IMG/VR virus record: IMGVR_UViG_3300045988_163663
DNA: 64,000 bases
Origin: a virus
Reading direction: 5' to 3' (one strand)
The position numbers and the translations under genes were made by a program. The notes below the pieces were generated by a model, which had not been told where the DNA came from, made no database searches, and saw only the letters and a list, made by a program, of their open reading frames with translations. Of the stretch, positions 54,835 through 64,000 are shown piece by piece (the stretch's first letter is position 1; every line of letters starts with the position of its first letter).

Positions 54835-55478
54835 TGGATATTGTAAGTAATGTATGTATTTATGATTTAGATAAGTCAATTATTGCGGCGGGTTATCCTA
54901 TGTCAGTAGACATTGAAAGCCAATAGGACAGAGAATTAAATGAAAATGATTTTAAACGTTGTGATACTCTTATTAATGCTTGTGTAAAAGATAATCAAGC
55001 ACACGGATAGTTTTTGACAGGCATTCGAGTTAATTTTGATTTAACTTGTTCTAATAAAATGTGGGTTGAAGCAGAACGTTATAGATTCCTTGAATTTGTA
55101 AGTTCTCAATCTACTATGCATCGTATTACTAAATTTAATCTTGATGAAGCATATAATAAATATGTTGATGATAGAATTATCAAGATTATGAAAGAAAAAG
55201 TTGATTATTATAATACTCAAGTAGCATTAAAAGAAAAATATATTAAAGAAAATAAGCCAGTTGAAGCAACAAGAATATCTGAATTGTTAAAGAAATTATA
55301 TCTTGAAATTCTTTATTCTAATCCTGCTGGATTTACTTTAACGGCACGCATGACTACTAATTATCGTTGTCTAAGAAATATCTATAAGCAGCGTAAGAAT
55401 CATCGTCTTCCTGAGTGGCGTGAATTTTGTAAGTGGATTGAAACACTTCCTTACGCCCAAGAGTTATTGATTAATTAA
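54834..55478 (+). CDS. hypothetical protein, recoded
   Basis: ATG overlaps the upstream stop. In frame with ORF 55014-55478 across two TAG codons. Confidence 0.4.
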
Positions 55479-55549
55479 TTACTTTGAAAATTTATATAAA
55501 ATATGATATAATATTTATATAAAAGAGTAGAAAGTGAGATTAAATAAAA

Positions 55550-55912
55550 ATGAATAGAAAACAAGCATTTATTGATTTTGTAAATGACTTGATTAAAAAT
55601 TGTGAACATCCAGTAGGAATGAGCGAAGATGCTGAATTCTATTGGAATTACCTTAAAAATAGTAATGATAATGAAATTGAGAATCCTTTATTTACTGAAA
55701 ATGGAAAACGGCTTTTGATTTGTCTTCAAGAGCATCCAGAAAAAGAAGCATGGAAGGCACGCGAAGTAGCTGAAGAACTTGGCATTAGTTCTCGTAGTGT
55801 TTCTGGCGGAATGCGTAAATTGGTAAATGATGGATTTGTAGAAAAATTGAATGATAATCCAGTTGTTTATGCTATTACTAATAAAGGAAAAGAAATTACA
55901 ATTGAAGAATAA
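55550..55912 (+). CDS. small winged-helix protein
   Basis: 'EAWKAREVAEELGISSRSVSGGMRKLVNDGFVEK'. Confidence 0.45.
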   Translation: MNRKQAFIDFVNDLIKNCEHPVGMSEDAEFYWNYLKNSNDNEIENPLFTENGKRLLICLQEHPEKEAWKAREVAEELGISSRSVSGGMRKLVNDGFVEKLNDNPVVYAITNKGKEITIEE

Positions 55913-55931
55913 TTAAGGAGAAAAATATTAA

Positions 55932-56879
55932 ATGAAATTTGTTAATGAAACACATATTGAAGGTTATCTATATGAGCATAATCTGGAAATGAAGGAAAGC
56001 GGTCCTAATTCAAAGAATCCTGGCACTCCTTTTATTAGCGGCACTATTAGTATTGTTACTGATAATGCTTTAACAAATGTTCTGTAGGTTCATTTTACTT
56101 ATGTAACTGAAACTACCTCTAAAGGTAAGACTAATGCTACATTTACTACTCTTCGTAAGATTATTGATGGTGAATATAATACAGTAATGGGCGATGGAGT
56201 TGAAAATGCAACTCGTATTCGTGTTGATTCTACTGTTGGTCTTAATGAGTTTTATGCTGAACGTGATGGTAAGGAAGAACTTGTAAGTATTAAGCGTAAT
56301 GAAGGTGGATTTGTTCATGTTATGGTGAATGAACCATTTAATGAGAAGGAAATTGAACGTTGCAAGTTTAAGACTACAATGCTTATTACTAAAGCCGTCC
56401 GTACTGAAGCTAATCCCGAAAAGGAAACTCCTGAAAAGGTAACTATTAGTGGTTATGCTTTTGATTTCCGTAAAGCTCTTCTGCCTGTTTCTTATACAGT
56501 CCTTAATGAAGGCGGTATGAATTATTTTGAAGGCCTTGAAGCTTCTGAAAAGAATCCTGTTCTCACAGAAGTTTGGGGTAAGCAGGTTTCTAGAACTGTT
56601 GTAAAAAAGGTTACTAAGGAAAGTTCTTGGGGCGATGCTGAAGTTCAAGAATTTAAGAATACTTATAAGGATTATGTAATTACTGGTTCTCAGAAAGAGC
56701 CTTTCGTATTTGATATGGAAGATACTTATACTTCTGAGGAACTTACTAAGGCAATTGCTGATCGTGAGACTTATCTTGCTACTATTAAGCAGCGTAGAGA
56801 TGAATATCTTGCTACTAAGAATAATAGTGGTGCAAAACCAGCTACAGCTTCTAATGGAAATGCAGGATTTAACTTCTAA
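55932..56879 (+). CDS. putative phage ssDNA-binding or recombination-associated protein, one TAG
   Basis: 316 aa. In frame with ORF 56187-56879. Sits upstream of the AAA_24-type ATPase, as in Sak4-type recombination modules. Confidence 0.35.
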
Positions 56880-57030
56880 TAAATAGCCAAATAATGATGA
56901 CCTCATTAGAGGTCATCGAGCTAAACTAAATATATATGATGACAGTTTATTAAATCGAGAAGAAATAAATGAAATTTTAAATAAATATTTTGAACCATTT
57001 GATTTAGAGAAAAAAGGAGAAAATTAAATA

Positions 57031-58014
57031 ATGGCTATTGACCTTTTAAAAATTTAGCCTCATAAGGTTAGTAAAGATTTAGGCGGATATATTACTTTTA
57101 TTTATGGTAAACCTAAGACTGGTAAGACTACTTTAGCTACTCAAATGCCTAAGTCTCTTTTGTTAGCATTCGAACAAGGTTATAACTGCTTGCCTGGCGT
57201 AATGGCGGCGGATATTACTTCTTGGACTGAAATGAAGCAGGTTTATCGTGATCTTAAGCGTCCAGAAGTAAAGGAAGCTTATGATGCAATTATTGTTGAT
57301 ACTATTGATGAAGCAGCAAAATATTGTGAAAAATATATTTGTAATCAGAATGGTATTGAATCTTTGGGTGATCTTGGTTATGGTAAGGGTTGGATTAAAT
57401 TTAAGGATGAATTTAATGAAGTGTTCCGTGGCTTAACTCGTCTTGGTTATGCTGTTTTCTTCTTAGGCCATGAGAAGGAACAAACTATTAATCGTCCTGA
57501 TGGGACTGAAGCAAATATTATTAGACCCAGTTTATCTCAATCTACTCGAACTGTTATTACTGGTATGGCTGATATTTATGGCTATGCTCATCAAAAGGGT
57601 CCAGGCCAAATGTCAGTATTGACTCTTCGTTCTGGCACTGATGCTATTGACTGTGGTGGCCGTTTTAAATATATTGAGCCTGAAATTCCTATGAGTTATG
57701 AAAACCTCGTAAATGCTATTCATGCTGCTATTGACAAGGAAGCTGAAGAAACTAAGGGTAAATTTGTCACTGATGAAAAAATGACAGTTGCTCCTGAAGC
57801 TCCTACTTATGATTATGAGGGTCTTATGAATGAGTTCCAGCAAATTGCTAGTGAACTTATGGCAAAGAATTCTGAATATTATGCACCACGGGTTACTAAG
57901 ATTGTTGAAAAGTATCTTGGTAAGGGTAAGAAGATTTCTGAAACCTCTATTGATCAAGCTGAATTTGTAAGCCTTATTATTGATGATATTAAGGATGAAC
58001 TTATGAATAAATAA
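57031..58014 (+). CDS. AAA_24/Sak4-like RecA-family ATPase, one TAG
   Basis: Walker A 'IYGKPKTGKTTLA'. 'AIIVDTIDE' Walker B. Confidence 0.55.
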
Positions 58015-58098
58015 TTATCAATCCAGAGGAAACTCTGGGTTGATTTTTTATCTATTTTTTAGTATAATATATATAGAAATTATAATGTTTGGTGGTGA

Positions 58099-58620
58099 GA
58101 ACCAATAGCACATAATGTAAAGTGTCTATATTGTGGGAAAACTTTTGATAGAGATAAATATCCATTTGTTCAAGTAAGTTCTAAACGCTATGCACATCCT
58201 GAATGTGCAGAACGTAAAGAAGAAGTAATGAATAAAGAAGATTTAGATAAAATGAAATTAGAATAGTATATCAATCAATTATTTCATACTGATTATGTAG
58301 ATCCTCGTATTCAAAAACAAATTAAAAATTATATTAAAGAATATAATTTTACTTATAGTGGAATTTTAAAATCATTAGTTTATTTCTATGAAGTAAAACA
58401 AAATCCAGTAGAGAAATCAAACGATGGTATTGGTATAGTGCCTTGGGTATATAAGCAAGCATTTAATTACTATTATGCTATTTGGTTAGCTCAACAAAAA
58501 AATACTAATAAAACAGTTGAGAATTATATTCCAAAAGAAACAGAAATAATAATACCACGGCCTAAGCCTAAACCTTATCGGAAACATCTGTTTTCTTTTT
58601 TGGATGACAAGGAGGATTAA
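58099..58620 (+). CDS. zinc-finger protein, start unresolved
   Basis: Frame open from 58099. 'KCLYCGKTFDRDKY..YAHPECAE'. No canonical in-frame start near the promoter. Confidence 0.3.
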
Positions 58621-60152
58621 TGGCTTCAAAATATATTGATACAACAGCCATTATTTAGACAATTGGTTGTGTATATAACAATCCTAAACTATTAGATTAT
58701 ACTGACAAATATATTATCACTGAAGATGATTTTGATAATGATTTTCATAAGATAGTATATGGATCAATATATAAATTACATGAACTCGGTGCTGAAAGTA
58801 TTACTTTAGATGCTATTGGAGATTTTTTAAGCACTCGACCAAAATATCAAGCTATTTATGAAGCACAAAAAGGAAATAAATGGATTCAAGAAGCCAGTTT
58901 ACATAGTGATAATACCACATTTGATTATTACTATGGGCGTCTAAAAAAAATGTCATTGCTTAGAGCCTATGATAGATATGGTTTTGATGTAAGCGATATT
59001 TATGATCCTGACAATATTTTAGACACTAAAAAACGACAGCTTCAAGAAGAATGGTTAGATAATGCTTCATTAGAAAAAATTGCTCAACGTATTGATGATA
59101 AGATTGAAGAAATTAAATATCAATACGTAGCTGAAATGGAAAATGATGCTTACTAGGCCGGCAATAATATTGATGAATTAATTGACAATCTTTTGGAACA
59201 TCCTGAAGTTGGTGCTCCATTATTTGGTCCATTAATTAATACAGTTACTCGTGGAGCAAGATTAAATAAATTTTATCTACGTTCAGCAGCAACTGGTGTA
59301 GGTAAGTCTCGTAGTATGATCGCTGACGCTTGTTATCTTTCTTGTGAAAAGTATTATCAGGAAGGAATTGGATGGATCAAATCTGGTGGCGGAGGAGAAC
59401 CTGTTTTATTTATTTCTACTGAGTAGACTAAAGATGAAATCCAAACTATGATGTTGGCATTTTTATCTAATGTAAATGAAGACCATATTTTAAATGGTAA
59501 ATATGTTGGTGATGAATTAGCACGAGTAAGAGAAGCTGCACAGTATCTTCGTAAGGCTAATTTATTTGTTGTTGAAATGCCAGATTTTTCTTTGCGTGAT
59601 GTAGAAAATGTTATTAAGAAAAATATCCGCGATCATGGAGTTAAATATGTATTCCATGATTATATTCACACAAGTATGAAAATTCTTGAAGAAATTAGTA
59701 AGCGTAGTGGTGGTGTAAAACTAAGAGAAGATAATATTCTTTTTATGCTTTCTACTCGTTTGAAAGATATTTGTAATCAATATGGTATTTTTATTATGTC
59801 TGCTACTCAGTTAAATGCTGATTATCAATATAGTGAGACGCCAGACTAGAATGTTTTACGTGGATCAAAAGCAATTGCTGATAAAATTGATGTAGGTATG
59901 CTTCTTCTTCAAGCTCGTGATAATGATTATCAATCATTAGAAAAAATACTTGAAACAAATACGTTTGAACGTCCAACAATAAAATTATCAGTATATAAAA
60001 ATCGTCGAGGAAAATATAAAGGAATTTATCTTTGGTGTAAAGCTGATTTAGGCTGTTGTCGTATTATTCCAATCTTCTGTACTGATTGGAGTTATGAATT
60101 GGTAGATATGGAAAATGTAAAAATTAGAATTGCTGAAGATAGTGCTTTTTAA
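58620..60152 (+). CDS. DnaB-like replicative helicase, four TAG codons
   Basis: 'LINTVTRGARLNKFYLRSAATGVGKSRSMIADACYL' Walker A. 'LFVVEMPD' and 'IFIMSATQLN' RecA-fold motifs. ORFs 58950.., 59193.., 59448.. and 59898-60152 are in frame. Confidence 0.6.
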
Positions 60153-60779
60153 AAATCATGAATAAAATAAACAAATGTTATATTATACGTATAGATAATA
60201 AAGACGTTCCTCGGCCAGTATAGTTCTTAAATTATCAGAATGAAAATATAAGTGTCATTTTTATTAATCCTTTTAATTATACTGGTAGTTGCATGAAACG
60301 ATAGGATATAGTATATTGTGATAAACATTTTTATGATGATAAAGCTGGACAATTTATTATAAAAAATATCATTAAACCATTAGCAATGAAAAATAATTTT
60401 ATTGTATTTTAAGGAGATTAAATTATGTTTGAAAAAAAGATTATGAATGGAACTATTGAATATAAAATGCCGAAAGAAATGGCAGCAATGTATTTAAAGA
60501 CTGCTAAGGGTGACTTTGCAAAGAAACATCCAAAGGAATACCTTATTAAAGTAGTTAATGAAGAATTTGGTGTTAAAGGCACTTGCGTTAATGTAATTAC
60601 ATTTTAATGAAAGATTTAATTATTTATAAAAATGTAATTACCGGTAAATTTGTATACGGATATAAAATTGAAGTAAAAGCAGAAGATTATCCTCTAAAAA
60701 TAGATCATGGAAATATTAATCTTGATTTTACTCTTGATTATGTTAATAAAGATTTATTTAATGAATTAATTATGCCAAA

Positions 60780-61883
60780 ATGATTAATTATGATAAAATA
60801 GAAATAAAAAATAATTTAACTTTAGATAATATTTTTGAATTACTAAATATTTGGGGCGGCAATCCTGAATATAGTGAATTCGGTATTCTTTCTGAAACCA
60901 TTTGTCATAATGAACCAGGAGTAGGAAGTAAAAAACTTTATTACTATTCAAATAGTCAATTATTTAAATGCTATACTGGCTGTGATAATACCTTTGATAT
61001 ATTTGAATTAGTAATTAAAGTTGCTAATATTCAATCTAATAAAGAATATGATTTAAATGATGCAGTTAGATGGATAGCTAATTATTTTGGTATTGCTGGT
61101 TCTGTAGAACAAGAGGCTGAAGATTTAGGTTTAGAAGATTGGAAATTTTTAGCTAATTATGATAAAAATAATCCTGAAGAAAATTTAAATTCTAAAGTTG
61201 AATTAAAAATTTATGATAGCCAAATTTTAAGTAGATTTAACTATCGAGTAAAAATAACTCCATGGTTAAAAGAAGGAATAAGTCAAGAAGCAATAGATCA
61301 AGCAATAATTGGTTATTACCCTGGCGGCGATGCAATTACAATTCCTCATTTTAATATAGATGGAGATTTTATAGGCCTAAGAGGAAGAGTATTAGGGAAA
61401 GAAGAAGCATTATTATATGGTAAATATAGACCACTTAAAATTAATAAAATTCTTTATTCCCATCCTCTTGGTATGAATTTATATAATTTAAATAATAGTA
61501 AAGCAAATATAAGTAGATTAGGAAAAGCAATAATATTTGAAGGTGAAAAATCTACTCTACAATATCAAAGTTATTTTGGTTTTGAGAATGATATAACAGT
61601 AGCTTGTTGCGGCAGTAGTGTATCAGCGCAGCAAATGAAGTTATTAGAACAAGTTGGTGCCAAAGATATTATTATTGCTTTTGATAGACAGTTTCAAAAA
61701 ATAGGTGATGAAGAATTTTATCATTTAAAGAATAACTTATTAAAAATAAAAGCTAAATATGGAAATTATTTTAATATATCTTTTATTTTTGATAAGAATA
61801 TGCTTACTAATTATAAGGATAGTCCAACTGATGAAGGGCCGGAATTATTTCTTAAATTATATAAAGACCGAATAATTATATAA
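60780..61883 (+). CDS. DNA primase (DnaG-like, TOPRIM)
   Basis: Zn-binding 'CHNEPGVGSKKLYYYSNSQLFKCYTGC'. TOPRIM 'KAIIFEGEKS' and 'IIIAFDRQ'. Confidence 0.6.
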   Translation: MINYDKIEIKNNLTLDNIFELLNIWGGNPEYSEFGILSETICHNEPGVGSKKLYYYSNSQLFKCYTGCDNTFDIFELVIKVANIQSNKEYDLNDAVRWIANYFGIAGSVEQEAEDLGLEDWKFLANYDKNNPEENLNSKVELKIYDSQILSRFNYRVKITPWLKEGISQEAIDQAIIGYYPGGDAITIPHFNIDGDFIGLRGRVLGKEEALLYGKYRPLKINKILYSHPLGMNLYNLNNSKANISRLGKAIIFEGEKSTLQYQSYFGFENDITVACCGSSVSAQQMKLLEQVGAKDIIIAFDRQFQKIGDEEFYHLKNNLLKIKAKYGNYFNISFIFDKNMLTNYKDSPTDEGPELFLKLYKDRIII

Positions 61884-61894
61884 GGAGTAAGTAT

Positions 61895-63637
61895 ATGAAT
61901 TATAAATTAATTAATGATACACAAAAAACTCCATTAGAAACAATAATGAATAACCGTGGGATTAAGACTGAAGATATTTAGCATTTTCTTAATCCCACGC
62001 AATCCGATATATATCCTAATAAATTATTAAATAACATGGAATAGGGAATTAAACTATTATTAAAACATATTAAATAGAATAATAAAATTTTTATTTAGGT
62101 AGATGCTGATTGTGATGGTTATACATCATCAGCGTTATTAATTAATTATTTATATAATTTATTTCCTTATTATGTATCTAATAATGTTTATTATAGAGTC
62201 CATACGCAGAAAACTCATGGTATTATTTTAGATACTATTCCAGAAGATACTAAGTTAGTAATAATCCCAGATGCTGGAAGTAATTAGTATAATGAACATA
62301 AAGTGCTTTATGATAAAGGTATTGATATATTAATTTTAGACCATCACGAAGTAGATAAAATATCTCCTTATGCTTGTACGATTAATAATCAATTAGACAA
62401 TTACCCTAATAAAGCACTATCAGGTGTTGCAATAGTATATAAATTTTGTAATGCTATTGATGAAATTATTAATACTAATTATTCAAACAAGTATTTAGAT
62501 TTAGTGGCTCTTGGGTTAATCGGAGATATGGTAGATAGTAGACCTTATGAAACTCGTTATTTTATCAATCAAGGTTTAAAAAATCCTCAAAATCCCTATA
62601 TTAAAGGTATGATGGAAAAAAATAAATTCAAATTAAAAGAAACTTTAACTCCTATGGGTGTTGCTTTTTATATTGCTCCACTTATTAATGCAGTCACACG
62701 TGTTGGAGAAATTGATGAACGACAAGTTGTATTTTAGAGTATGTTAGATTTTCTTGCTTATGATTTAGTTCCATCAACCAAAAGAGGATGTAAAGGATAG
62801 GCAGAAACTATTGTAGAACAAGCATGCCGAGTAAGTGGTAATGTAAAAACGCGATAGACTAAGATCCGTGATACTAATGTTGAAATAATTGAGAAATTAA
62901 TCGAAGAACAAGGTTTATTAAATGATTAGATTTTAGTTGTTTAGTTGGAGAAAAAGTATGAGGTAAATAAAAATTTAACTGGATTAATTGCAAATGAATT
63001 TGCAAATAGATTTTAGAAGCCAACTCTTATACTTAATGAAGTAATTGAAAATGGAATAAAATACTGGGAAGGATCAGGTCGTGGCTATGAGTTTTTTGAG
63101 CCTATAAAAGATTTTAAGGCTTATCTTAACTCTACTGGATATTTTGAATTTGCAGAAGGTCATTAGGGAGCTTTTGGTGCGAAAATCGCAGATAGCAATA
63201 TAAGAAAATTTATAACAGATACAAATAGTAAATTGTATGGTTATGATGGTTAGCCAGTTTATTTAGCCGATTATATTTTTGATAGTAATAATATTGATAT
63301 AAATACTATATTAGAAATACCAGAATTTGAACCTTTATGGGGATAGAATTTTAAAGAGCCATATATAGTTATTAAAAATTTAAAACTTACAAATAATAAT
63401 GTAATTTATTATCCTAAAGAGACTACTGGAACATTAAAGATTAAATTACCAAATGATTTAGATTTAATTAAATTTAATGTCAATCAAGAAGAATATAATA
63501 ATTTACATAGTGATACAGGATGTATTATTATTGATATTATAGGTACTTGTAAAATAAATGAATTTTTAGGAAAAACTAATCCAGAAATTTTTATTACTGA
63601 TTATCATATTACTAAAAATGTAAAATATTATTTTTAA
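61895..63637 (+). CDS. RecJ-like DHH-family ssDNA exonuclease, about 12 TAG codons
   Basis: DHH motifs 'VDADCDGYTSSALL' and 'ILDHHE'. DHHA1-like C-terminus. ORF 62303-62737 is in frame. Confidence 0.55.
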
Positions 63638-63654
63638 TAGATAGAGAGAAAAAT

Positions 63655-64000
63655 ATGAAAACAAAAATTATTATAATTATTAGTATTCTTTTAATTTTAA
63701 CTATTAATGTAAGTGCAATAGCTGTTGAATATACTCCTTTAAAAGAAACCAATAATTATTGGGAACTTATCAATTTAATTGAAGAATATACATTGAAAAA
63801 AGAAGAAGTGCATTTAGTGGCTGATAAAGCTCGAATGATTGGTTATACAGAAAATAGTCAACCAATTATAAGTGCTAAAAGTCAGTGGTATTTTTATAAT
63901 GAAATTATTAAATTTTATCAAAATCAATTAGATAAAATTAATAAAGAATTAGATGACCTTGAATACAAGGACGCTACTCTTATTTGGGAATATATGAAAA
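63655..64000 (+). CDS. secreted or membrane protein, 3'-truncated at the window edge
   Basis: ATG 63655. N-terminal hydrophobic 'IIIIISILLILTINVSAIA'. Confidence 0.35.
   Translation, partial: MKTKIIIIISILLILTINVSAIAVEYTPLKETNNYWELINLIEEYTLKKEEVHLVADKARMIGYTENSQPIISAKSQWYFYNEIIKFYQNQLDKINKELDDLEYKDATLIWEYMK

Noticed and set aside
1-64000. CRISPR array or integrase/att evidence for a prophage junction at the tRNA cluster.
   Set aside because: There are no direct repeat-spacer arrays and no integrase or recombinase. The tRNAs have their own phage promoters and sit among homing endonucleases. They look like a phage tRNA island, not an integration site.

Overview
This window is AT-rich (~30% GC) double-stranded DNA phage sequence, probably from a large or jumbo phage. 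The inferred host is a low-GC Firmicute with an S-layer or secondary cell-wall polymer, because both the endolysin and a secreted protein carry S-layer-homology (SLH) motifs and the endolysin is a CHAP plus amidase type. The coordinate-wide pattern is amber (TAG) recoding: dozens of genes are split into adjacent same-frame ORFs by in-frame TAG codons and run on to TAA or TGA. The affected genes are the tail-fibre and structural genes, the lysis cassette, homing endonucleases, radical-SAM and glycosyltransferase genes, the DnaB-like helicase and the RecJ-like exonuclease. TGA and TAA still terminate genes. Three GIY-YIG endonucleases place TAG in the motif segment 'YIG*S', 'YIG*ST' and 'YIG*A', which is consistent with TAG read as glutamine, the recoding known from crAss-like and Lak-like phages. 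Gene content, in order: modular tail fibres with a shared C-terminal module; an accessory cluster of four radical-SAM/SPASM enzymes, GT2 and GT8 glycosyltransferases and paralogous unknowns; a tRNA and ncRNA cluster in which tRNA-Leu(UAA) is split by an HNH-bearing group I intron, one tRNA carries a 66-73 nt anticodon-loop insertion, and a ~1.3 kb GC-rich ORF-free stretch looks like structured RNA; a higher-GC, TAG-free cassette array; a lysis cassette; and a T4-like replication module. The most unusual element is inside the cassette array. It encodes a bona fide major vault protein (MVP) homologue next to a TROVE+vWA (Ro60/TEP1-like) protein, a NADAR protein, a P-loop kinase, two metallophosphoesterases and an SPFH/flotillin protein. 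That combination suggests a phage-encoded vault-like ribonucleoprotein, which would be a previously undescribed system. Second, the topoisomerase II large-subunit gene in the replication module is interrupted by a group I intron that carries a recoded GIY-YIG endonuclease; the predicted splice rebuilds the GyrB 'YKGLGEM' motif. Third, a radical-SAM/SPASM enzyme sits immediately upstream of a 286-aa protein with an extremely cysteine-rich N-terminal segment of closely spaced Cys repeats, a candidate substrate for thioether cross-linking. All coordinates were read by eye from the printed sequence and may be off by 1-2 nt.
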